From NCBI RefSeq assembly GCF_006345805.1, contig NC_043000.1, forward strand, positions 151,156,001 through 151,220,000: a stretch of 64,000 bases of DNA, given 5' to 3'. This DNA is from Octopus sinensis (lineage: Eukaryota). Numbering within the stretch: the first letter of the stretch is position 1; the number at the start of each line of letters is the position of its first letter. The translations under genes were made by a program, and so were the position numbers. Below the pieces are notes generated by a model. It saw nothing but the letters and a program-made list of their open reading frames with translations, was not told the origin of the DNA and did not search any database. Shown here piece after piece: positions 51,704-64,000 of the stretch.

Positions 51704-52064
51704 TGTATGAATGTATGTATGTATGTATGCATATATGTATATATGTATGAATGTATATATGCATGTATGTATGTATGTATGTATGTATGTATGTATGTAT
51801 GTATGTATTATGTATGTATGTATGTATGTATGCATGTATGTATAAATGTAAGTACGTATATATGTATGCATGTATGTATGTATGTATGTATGTATGTATG
51901 TATGTATATATGCATGTATGTATGTATGAATGTATGTATGTATTATGTATGTATGTATGTATGCATGTATGTATGTATGTATGTATGTATGTATTTATGC
52001 ATATATGTATGCATGTATGTATGTATGTATGTATGAATGTATGAATGTATGTATGTATGCATGC

Positions 52065-52097
<33 letters not shown>

Positions 52098-52140
52098 TGT
52101 ATGTATATATGTATGTATGTATGTATGCATACATGCATGC
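51590..52140. repeat. (TATG)n array with variant units
   Basis: Read directly from the sequence. Confidence 0.95.
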
Positions 52141-52625
52141 ACGTGCGTATGGTATTAACATACTGGTTTGTTGATTATTCATGGATCGGCTTTGATATAA
52201 GAAGTTTCTAAATTTCATTTATGAACTTAACTCTTCATTCATTAAATTTCCCATCTTTAGAATATTTACAATATTTAAAATGTTTTTCTTTTTACATTTT
52301 TTTAAGAATATCTTTCGCGTTTGCACAAAGAGATAAATGTCTAATGTTGTGCTAAGAAAACAGAATCAGCCCTTAGTAAATACCTGATTAAAAAATAAGG
52401 TTTAATCGGTTCGGGTACGAACACAGAACGCTGCAGAACCTAAATTAATACAGAGTCATGCAGTCTGGTGTCCTACTGTTTCTGTAATTGTGTCATTTTA
52501 TATGTTTAGATAATCAGTTGCAAAAATGTTTTGAAAATATAATTAGGAAATTGAGCTCACCTGGGGATTTCTGTTCATGACATTTAGTTTTGTTTCATTG
52601 CTTCAGTTCTCCATCTCTCATTATA

Positions 52626-52708
<83 letters not shown>

Positions 52709-52742
52709 ATGTGTGTGTGTGTATGTATATATATATATATAA

Positions 52743-52775
<33 letters not shown>

Positions 52776-53688
52776 GTGTTGAGTCAAAAGTTTTGCAATA
52801 TTTTGGCAACTTATTTCTTTTATTCTTTAAGTTACAACAAAAGCAGCCGAGCATCCAAAGTAAAGGCCATCATGTCGCACTGTATAAAACCAGCTGTCTG
52901 CCAGTTCTTCGATCTCAAGCTGATACAATTTCTTCTCCTTCGAGGCGAAGAACTCCTTCACTGAAGATTTTCCCCCCAACCTCTTGGCTGAAGAAGCGTG
53001 TCCCGTGGATAAGGAATGAGCCATGGATCGGAACAAGTAATAATCCGAGGAAGGTAGGTTCGGACAATATGCTGGGTGTGGCATCAGTTCGATCCCTCAA
53101 GTTCCTGGAGTTTATTCTGGGTCGTTCGAGCTGTATGAGCTTTTGCGTTGTCTTGCTGCAGAAGAGCTCGCTTGCTGATAACTAGTGCCAAGTATTTTTG
53201 CCGCACAGTGACAATTATCCGTTCCAGCTATTAGGAGTACAAGTTGGCATCGATGGTTCGACAGTCTAGAACGAACTCGTAGTGAATAATCTCCTCGTGA
53301 TTCCACTATACGCGGAGCATTACCTTTTATTCGAAACGTCTATGTTTGGCGATTGGTTCCGAAAGCTGTTCTTTGCGTAACCACTACTTATGCACGTCGA
53401 GATTGCGGGAAAATATCTCCTTCGGATTATTACTTGTTCTGATCCATGGCTCACTTCCTGAGCTCGTGATGCTCCATAAACCAAAAGGAAGTGGAAGCTT
53501 CAGTGAACGAGTTTTTCACCTCGAAGAACCAGAACTGGTATCAGCATGGAATCAAAGAACTGGCAGACAGGCGGCTTTAGACAGTCCAGCAGGATGGCCT
53601 CTACTTTGAATGATCGGTTGCCTTTGTTGTAACTTGACGAATAAAAACAAATAAGTCATCAAAATATGGCAAAACTTTTGACTCAACA
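52776..53688. mobile_element. Rearranged mariner made of two outward-facing 3' ends
   Basis: Left arm (minus) encodes KVML..W..IHYE..LLQQDNAKAH..HPAYCPNLPSSDYYLFRSM..DGLYF; right arm (plus, from about 53415) encodes SDYYLF*SMAHF..DGLYFE*; both end in the same TIR (AAAACTTTTGACTCAACA) with TA flanks. Confidence 0.85.
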
Positions 53689-54040
53689 TAATGTGTGTGT
53701 ATGTGTGTGTGTGTATTTTGACTGTTGTTATAAAAATAGTTTGTTTGTTAATGTAGGAATGTAGCTCAGAATGCCAACCGTTAACGTTCATGTATTAAGC
53801 ACATGTAGCAGTCGCATGAAAACTTTTCTCCACTAAATATACGCAATGACAGATAGAAAAGAAAGATGAGAATAAGTGATATAATAATTGTTTACATAAA
53901 AGTATTATAAATAATTAGTGTTTATTATTCTGTCGAAGAATAATGTTATCAATTAGTGCTAGTTCCCTCCTATTGAACAGGAACCTGAACGTTAAAAATT
54001 ATACACCTGTGTGTGGGTATATGTATGTATGTATGTATGA

Positions 54041-54073
<33 letters not shown>

Positions 54074-54359
54074 TGTATGTATGTATGTATGTATGTATGT
54101 ATGTATAATGCATGCATGTATGAATGTATGTATGTATATATGTATGTATGTTTGTGTATGTATGAATGTATGTGTGAATGTATATATGTGTGAATGTATG
54201 TGTGAATGTATACATTTGTTAACAATGTATAGAATAAGTAAGATAACGAGTGTGAAATAAATAAGAAAATCCTACATGAATTTTGGTTTTCTTAAGAACG
54301 AACTGAAGACATTTTATAATTAATTCACAGGAAAAGGAGAATGGTGTATTAGTGATATT

Positions 54360-55320
54360 TTTTATAGCCTGATCAGCGGTAACTTGAATTTTTTAATAAA
54401 AAATGTTTTTCATATTAATTCTTGTTTGGTCTGGAATATTATCATCACGTTGATAGAGTGAGAAAACAAGAAAGTTGGGAGATTTGGTTTTCACGTGTGT
54501 CCAGATGTTCACTAAGTGAAACTTGTTTAGCTTTGGGATCAGGTATTTATTGACAATTAATAGTTAATCTTATTCTTAAAGTGAGTTTAGTTTCTCCTAT
54601 GTAGTCTTCCCTGCATTCATTGCCTTTGATGGCATATATTAAAATTTTTGAAGAACAAGTAAAATGGTTGTCTCAGTAAAAATTTGTCTTGATTTAAATT
54701 CATAAATTGTGTCCTCAATAAAAATCCCGCAAGTTCCACAACTGAATCCAACCATACTTTTTAACTGTTAGAGTTAAGTCCGTAGTTAGTAGTTTCGTGT
54801 TGGTAAATAGTTTCTTAGGGATTTTGGATGACTTTTGCCCTTGATAATTTTGTATAATTCAAGTGCTTCTTTCATTCTTGGATCTTGGATCAATATTGGC
54901 ATGTTCACATGGATAATGTTGACTGTTTCTATGTTTCTTGAGTTATGTGTTTTAATTAAAGATATAATTTTGGGTGTATCTGAATTCCTTGGGTTTTTTG
55001 TAATTCTTCAATGCCAATTACTTTGGTGCGTTCTATTCCATTCTCTATTAGAGTAGACGGATACTTTCTTTCAAGTAGTACCTGTATTAAATTGCAATTC
55101 CAACAGAGCTGCTTCAAAGTAGCTGTGGATTAAGAGTTGCGAGCGTTGGATATCAGGGGCAGTGCTAATTATTTCCAAACTGGAGCTTAATCAGACCTTG
55201 CCGGATTTCTGAGAGAGAGTTTCAAAAGTACCCAGTAACCTCAGGAAATAAGACGTTATTAGAAATGTTCTTCCACTGGATATCAGTGTCATAAAACTTT
55301 CTTAAGCAGCGTTCACATCA
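54360..55320 (-). mobile_element. Degraded Penelope-like element (RT thumb/linker plus GIY-YIG endonuclease)
   Basis: LIYAIKGNECREDYIGETKLTLRIRLT (GIY-YIG), plus RKYPSTLIENGIER, MPILIQDPRMKEAL and IIKGK; many stops and frameshifts. Confidence 0.8.
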
Positions 55321-55338
55321 ATGCCATCGTCGTCGTCG

Positions 55339-55390
<52 letters not shown>

Positions 55391-56196
55391 CATGAAAAGA
55401 TATTACGCTCAATGCAACATAAAAATCACAACTCTAACTACTCAACTCAAAAAGCCTACGGTGAGCTATGAACAGCCTTAAACAAAGCAAACGGTGGCCG
55501 CACTCAATCGAGATAGAATTGAGCATCAAACAAATAAGCAAAGAAACGACAAAAAAAAAGAGAATAAAATAATAATAATATGTAAAAGCAGAAAAAAGGC
55601 AAATATTTACATCCTTCATAAACAACAAAATGGACAATTATATACTAGATTTGGTATGGTAGTAAGAACCATCATCAATTCTGTATTATGTGTTTCAACA
55701 ACTTCAACTATATACCTCAAACCCCCTTATCTGAATTTGCCTCCAAAAACAGAAACAACGAAAACAGGTGCACAAATCATAAGATATATGCCTAGAACAT
55801 AACTTCGGTTCATAGAATCAGTAAATCTAAAATCTCAAACCCCCTTAGAGTTCCCAAACGTTACAGCTATACACTTAAAACAATTAGGGCCCGAAAAGAT
55901 AAAAATTTGTTTTTTGTTTTAATCTCAAAAACAAAAGCTGTGAGCTTTAGAGATCAACATAATTTTCAAGCAGGATCAGCGTGGAAAAAATTCGTGATCA
56001 GGTTGGCTTTTTGAATTACAAGTAACGATCATCCTATAGACTTCCACTTGGTTTCCATCTGCACACGATCAGTCAATTTCCTATTATGGCAGAAGACTCG
56101 TACCTTCAGCTGTCACGCAGTAGGACTGCTAATTGCTAAGCGATCTTAACCAATCGGTCATGCCATATTTGTGTATGTGCATGTGTGTAAGTAAAT

Positions 56197-56474
56197 GGAT
56201 CTCCGTCGGTTTCGACGACATGTATTCCAGTTCTTAAGTCAACAGAATAACCTATCCATTCCCTTGTGGCATAAATGGGAGTGCAATTCATAGATACAGG
56301 TTGCGTTAACATGATTCTCAGGCAAAATCAGTATGACACAGAGTGTAACAATGCTAAACCCTTGGAGTCCATCCGACTGGTTTCCAGACACTTTCAGGCA
56401 ACACAGTTTCACTGGTAAGGCTTGAGCCAACCGAGGGTATAGTGAAATATACAGTGGGATCGAATCCTAACCAC
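56197..56474 (-). mobile_element. Old SINE with a family B-like core and a family A-like tail
   Basis: Minus strand: CTATACCCTCGGTTGGCTCAAGCCTT..GGAAAC (B-like core), then TTGTTACACTCTGTGTCA..GAGAATCATGTTAA..CGTCGAAACCGACGGAG (A-like tail). Confidence 0.6.
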
Positions 56475-56542
56475 TCGACCAGGCGTGCGTCCACGAGTAA
56501 AAAATAGTACTACATCAATGGCTCTGCTATCGTTTATTTCAT

Positions 56543-56543
56543 A

Positions 56544-56579
<36 letters not shown>

Positions 56580-56605
56580 TAGTAGTAGCAGCAGCAGCAG
56601 TAGTG

Positions 56606-56638
<33 letters not shown>

Positions 56639-56659
56639 ACAGCAGCAGTAGTGGTGGTG

Positions 56660-56699
<40 letters not shown>

Positions 56700-56740
56700 T
56701 AGTAGTAGTAGTAGCAGCAGCAGCAGCAGTAGTAGTGGTG

Positions 56741-56776
<36 letters not shown>

Positions 56777-56820
56777 ACGGCAGCAGTAGCAGCAGCAGCA
56801 GTATATTAGTAGTAGTTGCT
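56543..56820. repeat. Compound (AGT)/(AGC)/(GGT) array
   Basis: Read directly from the sequence. Confidence 0.9.
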
Positions 56821-56824
56821 GCTG

Positions 56825-57055
56825 TTGTTATTGTGTTGCCTGTTGTCGCTGTTTAGCTCCAAGAAAGTTCTGATGAGTAGACCTATAATCAATGTTGCTC
56901 CAACCATGTCTATCACCTATAAAGTCTCGAGTCGGCCATCATCCCATATATATCCTTTAGTCATTTGTTAATTTTTCTTAAAGATTATTGGTTGATATTT
57001 GAGGAATATTTCGCTGCTATTTCGAGCAGGACGAATGACCACTTAGAGGTTGGCT
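56825..57055 (-). mobile_element. Old SINE-like repeat, family E
   Basis: Aligns with 40815-41035. Confidence 0.5.
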
Positions 57056-57195
57056 AGTGTTATGGAACTGTTTACTTGCATGTATATGTGCGTATGACTG
57101 TGAATGGATGTGTGCCTATGTGTCTCTCTATTTGTGCATAAAAATGTTCATATATGAGTATTCTTGTGTAACGCATGTATGCCACTGTACAGGTG

Positions 57196-57474
57196 TATTC
57201 TTTTATTCTTTATTTGGTTCAGTAATTTTACTGCGGCCATGCTGGAGCACCGCCTTTAGTCGAGCAAATCGACCCCAGGACTTATTCTTTGTAAGCCTAG
57301 TACTTATTCTATCGGTCTCTCTTGCCAAACCGATAAGTTACGATAATGTAAACACGCTTGTCAAGCGATGTTGGGGGACCAAACACAGGCACACATACAT
57401 ACGTACATACATACATACATACATACATACATACATACATACATACATAATACATACATACATACATACATACA

Positions 57475-57507
<33 letters not shown>

Positions 57508-57730
57508 GAAAATAATTATTTGATATAGTGGTGAAAAGCCACAACTTTGGTGAAACGTAGTCAATTCGATTGATCTTTCTACCTCTCTTTATTCCCAACG
57601 ACGGGCTTCTTTCAGTTTCCGTCTACCAAATCCATTCAGAAGGCTTTGGTCGGCCCGAGGCTATAGTAGAAGACACTTGCCCAATGTGCCACGCAGTGGG
57701 ACTGAACCCTGAACCATGTGGTTGGTTAGG
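57196..57730 (-). mobile_element. SINE family B carrying a (TACA)n expansion and a 91-bp foreign insert
   Basis: Tail/body at 57196-57395, (TACA)n, insert at 57508-57598, core resumes at 57599 with CGACGGGCTTCTTTCAG. Confidence 0.85.
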
Positions 57731-57777
57731 CGTACAGCATACTTCTGTAGTGTTTTTTCTTCACTAATGCATATTGT

Positions 57778-58166
57778 GTGGAGGCGCAATGGCCCAGTGG
57801 TTAGGGCAGCGGACTCGCGGTCATAGGATCGCGGTTTCGATTCCCAGACCGGGCGTTGTGAGTGTTTATTGAGCGAAAACACCTAAAAGCTCCACGAGGC
57901 TCCGGCAGGGGATGGTGGTGATCCCTGCTGTACTCTTTCACCACAACTTTCTCTCACTCTTACTTCCTGTTTCTGTTGTACCTGTATTTCAAAGGGCCGG
58001 CCTTGTCACTCTCTGTGTCACGCTGAATATCCCCAAGAACTACGTTAAGGGTACACGTGTCTGTGGAGTGCTCAGCCACTTACACGTTAATTTTACGAGC
58101 AGGCTGTTCCGTTGATTCGGATCAACCGGAACCCTCATCGTCGTAACCGACGGAGTGCTTCCATCC
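57778..58166 (+). mobile_element. SINE family A (copy 3)
   Basis: Full length; 12-bp TSD AATGCATATTGT at 57766-57777 and 58167-58178. Confidence 0.92.
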
Positions 58167-58558
58167 AATGCATATTGTACATGCGACTTCTATGCACCGT
58201 TGTGTTTTCTTACACATTTTATGCTTGAAGCATACACACACATATATACACATACACATACATACATATATATACATATACATACATACATACACATATA
58301 TATATATATATATATATAGTTAGGTTGTTTACTAGGGAGTAAGTGGAGCAAGAAAACAACATACGGAAACGATAGGTGTCGTTCAAGAGGTCACAGATGT
58401 GTGACGAAAGATTTCCGGACAAAGGACAGGCGTTGTAAAAATAAGATAACATTAAGAAATGAATGAAGAAAAAAAAAATATGGTGCATGTGTTTATTTGG
58501 CAAAAAAAAAGATGAATAAAATGACCATTCCGAAATACAACAATGTGTGTGTGTGTGT

Positions 58559-58595
<37 letters not shown>

Positions 58596-58692
58596 CAGAG
58601 AGAGGGAGAAAGAGAGAGAGGGGGAAGAGAAAGAGAGAGATCATATACATACATATGATATACATACATACATATATCTATATATACGTATG

Positions 58693-58724
<32 letters not shown>

Positions 58725-58791
58725 ATACATACATATATAGAGAGAGATTTTAGAACTAGCACTTTTGCTTATATATATGTAATAAAGTACC

Positions 58792-58833
<42 letters not shown>

Positions 58834-58837
<4 letters not shown>

Positions 58838-59050
58838 CAACAATTGAGGGTAAAATTAATTAATAATCAATTTTACCAAGTATGCAAAGGGACCATTTAA
58901 GGCGAATTCAAATTATTACATTATATAAAAGGGCTTAGTAAAATAAATTATATAAAAGGGCTTAGTAAAATAATTTATATAAAAGGGCTTAGTAAAATAA
59001 ATTCAGTATGCGGCAAAGTAATTTATTTTACTAAGCCCTTTTATATAATG

Positions 59051-59056
<6 letters not shown>
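58834..59056. repeat. TA-flanked block with three 27-bp tandem repeats and one inverted copy
   Basis: TTATATAAAAGGGCTTAGTAAAATAAA at 58921, 58948 and 58975; 59020-59054 is the reverse complement of 58915-58949. Confidence 0.88.
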
Positions 59057-59099
<43 letters not shown>

Positions 59100-60829
59100 T
59101 TATGTATGTATGTATGTATGTATGTATGTATGTATGTATGTATTTATATATGTATATATATACACTTATATGTATATATATAAATATGTATATGTGTGTG
59201 TATATATATATATGTATGTATGCATGTATGTATATGTATATATATATATAAAAAACTATATTTATATATATATGTGTGTGTGTGTGTGTGTTTACCAGTC
59301 TGTAAGTCTGTGTGCGTATTTGCATCATTTTATGCGCATGGCATGTGCGCACTATTGTCTATGCATATGCATTTTGCATGTGCAGCGTATGTATGCCTGT
59401 CCGTGTCTGCATACATACACATGCTGTGCATGCGACATGTGCATGCCAGTGAGTATGTGTATGTGTTTGCATTCGCATTTTGTGCATGCAGCGTATGAAC
59501 GACTGCCTGTGTCTGCACACATGCGCATGTTGTGCATGCGACCTGTCTGTGTTAGCAAGTATGTGTGTCCGCCTGTTTATGCATCTTGTGCGTGCAGTGT
59601 GCATATGTATGTGGCAGATAGAAAGGACAGAAGCCGTCTTCCGTATCCTTTTTTGTGATCATGTGTGTGCTATTATTATTCCATTATTCGAGGGCGGTAG
59701 AGTGACAGAATAGGTACAAGACCTGTTAAATTGCCTTCCAATATTTCATTACGGTCTTTTTACGTTCTGAGTTCAAATATTACTGATCTAGACTTTGAAG
59801 TTTGTAATTTCAGAAATACAGTTTAAATACTTCTTTATTTCTTTTCCATACTGTAATGCTTATCAGGCAGTCCTTGGGCGGTCCCAGTAACATATCAATT
59901 CTTTCTTTTTTTTTTTCCTTGTTGCTAACCCCTCGCCCAGCCTTCTCATTTCTGAGAGTGATCACTCACAGCTGAACGTATCCGATTCTGAAAGAGAGAA
60001 ACTTGGGAATAAAGAGAGGTAGAAAGATCAATCGAATTGACTGTACGTTTCACCAAAGTTGTGGCTTTCCACCACTGTATCAAATAATTATTTCCTTTTT
60101 CAGAAGTCAATCGCTTTGTACCAATGTTTTAAATCATTAATTCTTTATTCTGAAAGCAATTTCTGAAGTTGACAGAACACCGAACAAAATACCTTGTTGT
60201 ATTTAGTTACTTCCTTTTACGTTTGTCCTTAGGTCAACTTTACTTTCATCTTTTAAGAGCAGATGTAAGCACAGTCCATTCACAAGATCGATTTTATTTC
60301 TCAAATTTACTACCTTAATAGATGACCTTACCCCTCTGCTATAAATCGTTATTTCTTTAATCACTGCAATCCATTGCAAGCATTAACTTACTCTGTCGAT
60401 CTACGATTCAAAGACGTCGAGTAATATTGGTTGTAGTGAGCATGTTAACTATATATTTAAAAAGCAAATCTACAATCACAGAGGCCTGTTTGACCTCTAC
60501 TTTCACTTTAGTACAGGGGAAGATTTAATCGAGAGTACACTCCCACGAAATCTGTAACCGAAATCACCTTTGGTATTCATCTTATCACCTGTCAAATACT
60601 GAGGTCAATTTAATCAACTATTTTCTCCCATAAAATTTGAGAAGTATTTAATTAGCGTTTTTAATAGATTTAACTTTGTCTTCTATGCTTCTGGCAGAGG
60701 AGTTGAAAAAATAAATATTAGTTAATTATTTTGGAAGGTTCTTTCGATTGAACTCTTGTGTTTAGCCCCAGCTCAACTTTGATAGCGTAAAACCATAACC
60801 AAAAATAGTGGTGTTGCATGGTTTAGTAG

Positions 60830-61040
60830 TTAGAGTGTTGGACTCATGACCATAAGATTGTGGTTTTGATTCCTGGACCGGGTGATGCATTGTGTTCTTA
60901 AGCAAAACACTTCATTTCAATTTACTCTAGTCTATTTAGCAAATAAAAAAAAAGAATAATCCTACGACGGACCGGTCCAGGGAAGAATACGTACACCAGA
61001 GAAACCAGGAAACTGGGAAACCGACTGTGTGCTCCTTATG
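60830..61040 (+). mobile_element. Old tRNA-derived SINE remnant (possibly Nin-domain type)
   Basis: tRNA-like head TGGTTTAGTAGTTAGAGTGTTGGACTCATGACC..GTGGTTTTGATTCCTGG; core TTCTTAAGCAAAACACTT; TCCTACGACGGAC..CAGAGAAACC, which I recall as Nin-domain-like. Confidence 0.5.
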
Positions 61041-61379
61041 GAGTAATGTGGACTAATTATACGCAAAGACATTCTGATCATGAGCATTCCTGACTTCTGG
61101 TGTATGTGTCCTTCAGTATTTAAATTTGGGATTTGGAGAAGATATGGATGCTACTCCTTTAAAGTTGACTAACCTAGTGTAACCCCTGACCCCACTCCGA
61201 CCCACGTTGGCTCGTTGTCGTGGTGATTCAGGATTGGTGATGTAGCTATTGCAGTAGAATTGCTGCGGCAGTACTGTGTGTAGTGGTAGTGGTAGTTTTA
61301 GCATTAGTAGAGGCGGGTTCCCCTCTGTGTTTAGCCCCTTGTGGGTAGTAAAGAAATAGACATACAAGGTTATGCCAAC

Positions 61380-62960
61380 GACAGTGGTGATTGTCATGGT
61401 TGTAGAGATGATAATAATGGTGGTGGGGGTTGGGTGGGTGTTCTAGGAGTGATAGTGATTGGAGTGGTGGTGGTGGCGCCAGTGGCAGGAGAGACTGACA
61501 GCAGGAGTAATGGTAGTGCCGCCGCTGCTGCTGCTGCTGATAATCCGGGTGATTTCAATAGGCAGTAGTAGTAATAGTGGTGGTTGTAGTACCAGCGGTG
61601 GTAGCACCAGCCGCGACGGCGATGGTGTTAGTGATGATGATCGTGAGGGTACTAATGATGTTATGATGGCAGGAAGTGTGGTAGTGGTAGTGGTGGTGGT
61701 GGTGGTGGTGGTGGTGTTAATACTAATAGATGCAGTGGTGCTGGTTTCGCAAGTGAAACTCGTGCGGTGGTTTATTAGTGGTAGAAATGATCATAGTAGC
61801 AGTGGTAGTTGTGACAATGACGATGGTGGCAGAGGTGGTGGTAGTGCCAGTGGTTGTGGTGGCGATGGCGGCGGTGGTGGTGGTTGTAGTGGTGGTGGTG
61901 GTGGTGGCGGTGGTGGTGGTTGTAGTGGTGGTGGTGGCGGTGGTGGTAGCAATGACGACGCCAATGGTAGGCGGTGGCGGAGTGATGGTAAGTGACTGCG
62001 ATGATGGGCGACAGTGGTCGGTAGTATCGGTGATGGTGGTGGTGGTGGTGGAGGTGGTGTTGGGGGAGAGCAGTGATGGTGAAGGTAAGTGGTGGAGTGA
62101 AAGTAGCAGTAGCGGTGATGGTACTGCTGCCGCAGATAATGAGGGTGGCGGTCGGGTGTTGGTGACACAGACGGTGACAGTGGGTATGATACAATGTTGT
62201 AGGAGGTGATGGTGGTGGTGGAGATGATGGTGGTGGTGGTGGTGGTAGTGGTGGTGGGGGCTGTGGTGGTGAGAGTGGTTGTAGTTGGGTGGTGATGATG
62301 ATGATAATAATGATGACGATGATGATGATAATGATGACGATGATGATAATGACGATGATGATGATGATAATGATGACGATGATGATGATGATAATGACGA
62401 TGATGATAATAATGATGACGATGATGGTGATAATAATGATGACGATGATAATGATGATAATGATGACGATGATAATAATAACGATGACGATGATGATGAT
62501 AAAAATGATGACGATGATGATGATAATGATGATGACGATGATGATGATAATAACGATGACGATGATGATGATAATAATGATGACAATGATGATAATGATG
62601 ATGACGATGATGATGATAATGATGGCGATGATGATGATAATAATGACGATGATGACGATAATAATGATGACGATGATGATGATGATGATGATAATGATGA
62701 CAATGATGATGATAATAATGATGACGATGATGATGATAATAATGATGACGATGATAATGATGATAATGATGACGATGATGATGATAATGATGACGATGAT
62801 GATAATAATGATGACGATGATGATGATAATAATGATGACGATGATGATGAAGTTGGTGTTTTGATGCTGATGGAACCGATGGTGACGGCACAGTTTTGGA
62901 AGTGGTGTTGGTGGTAGTGAATGCGGTGGTGGTGGTAGTGATGGTGTTGGTTGTGGTGGT
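61380..62960. repeat. Long compound trinucleotide region: (GGT/AGT/GGC)n then (GAT/AAT/GAC)n
   Basis: Read directly; source of the poly-D/N, poly-H and poly-S ORFs. Confidence 0.9.
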
Positions 62961-63759
62961 TAGTATATCATTGACGGTGGCGCTCTCTGGCTAGAGAAGG
63001 TGAGATAGAAAGAGATAAAAAGAGAGTGAAAGAGAAGAAAAGAGAGCGAGTGAGAGAGCGATTGAGAGAGAGGTACGGTGGAGGGGGCTAAGTGGGGGGA
63101 AAGGGTTAGGTTGAAGGTGAAAGTGAAGGGTCTGGTGGTAGAGCGAGTGTTGAAAGCTGTGTGACAGACAGAACCAATGACAGAGCAACTAGGAATCAGT
63201 TTTCGCCTGCAAAGAAACCCACCCACCCGGCCCATACCCCGCTGCACGTGTCAGCCTATAGACCTGTGATTAGCACCATTCTCTAGACCCTGACTAAGCT
63301 ATCATAATCAACGCTTCGGCTCCAGTTACGCCAGTCGCATTGCCAGGTACTTTTATATGTATATATGTATATTTTTGCATCCCACCCTTATTTTTTTTCT
63401 TTCACTGCTTGTACTTTTTTAAAAATTATTTTTGTTATATATTTTTGGTTTTTGTTTTATATCATTTTTATATCAGGAGCATCCTCACACGTGATCACCA
63501 TTAAAAATCGAACTGTTTTTTTATGTGTTTTTTAATGTTTTTGTCTGAGCGAAAAAAATTTTTTTCTTTTTTTTTATGCTATTTTTATTATATTTTGTAA
63601 AATATATTTTGTATATATTTATATACACATATTATTTTTTGAATTTATTTTTCCATTTTTCCATTTATTTATTTATTTATTTATTTATTTGGAAGGTTAA
63701 GGCGCAATAAACAGTAAATATATAAACATAAACGAATTGAAACAAAGCTGAAGCTAAAA

Positions 63760-63790
63760 TATAATAATAATAATAATAATAATAAAAATT

Positions 63791-63821
<31 letters not shown>

Positions 63822-63855
63822 TAATAATAAAAATAATAATAAAAATAAAAATAAA

Positions 63856-63890
<35 letters not shown>

Positions 63891-63912
63891 TAATAATAAA
63901 AATAAAAATAAA

Positions 63913-63999
<87 letters not shown>

Positions 64000-64000
64000 A
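63760..64000. repeat. (AAT)n array with AAA variants, running off the window end
   Basis: Read directly from the sequence. Confidence 0.95.

Overview
AT-rich eukaryotic (metazoan) genomic DNA made up almost entirely of transposon debris and microsatellites. The repeat families resemble octopod cephalopod (Octopus-like) repeats as I recall them; this is an inference, not a database match. No host protein-coding gene can be supported: most ORF-track entries are translations of (TA)n, (TACA)n, (GATA)n, (GAT)n or (GGT)n arrays. All recognisable coding sequence is transposon-derived: a 5'-truncated CR1-clade reverse transcriptase with about 494 open codons (14.1-15.7 kb, -), an R4/Dong-clade RLE element (19.6-21.1 kb), two RTE fragments, two CR1/L2-type 3' ends, Penelope GIY-YIG fragments and three mariner relics. 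Non-coding elements include several tRNA-derived SINE families (labelled A, B, C, E here), a non-autonomous Helitron family (5 copies) and a hAT MITE. The most notable observations are: (i) SINE C forms 185-bp head-to-tail multimers with a fixed junction and may insert into its own sequence; (ii) SINE B shares a 3' stem-loop, with compensatory changes, with a LINE present in the same window; (iii) a cluster of (TA)n-embedded fold-backs and locally templated inverted insertions (46.4-49.8 kb, 57.5/60.0 kb, 58.8 kb), including a minimal hammerhead-ribozyme-like motif; (iv) a mariner built from two outward-facing 3' ends. Coordinates were counted by hand and may be off by a few bases.
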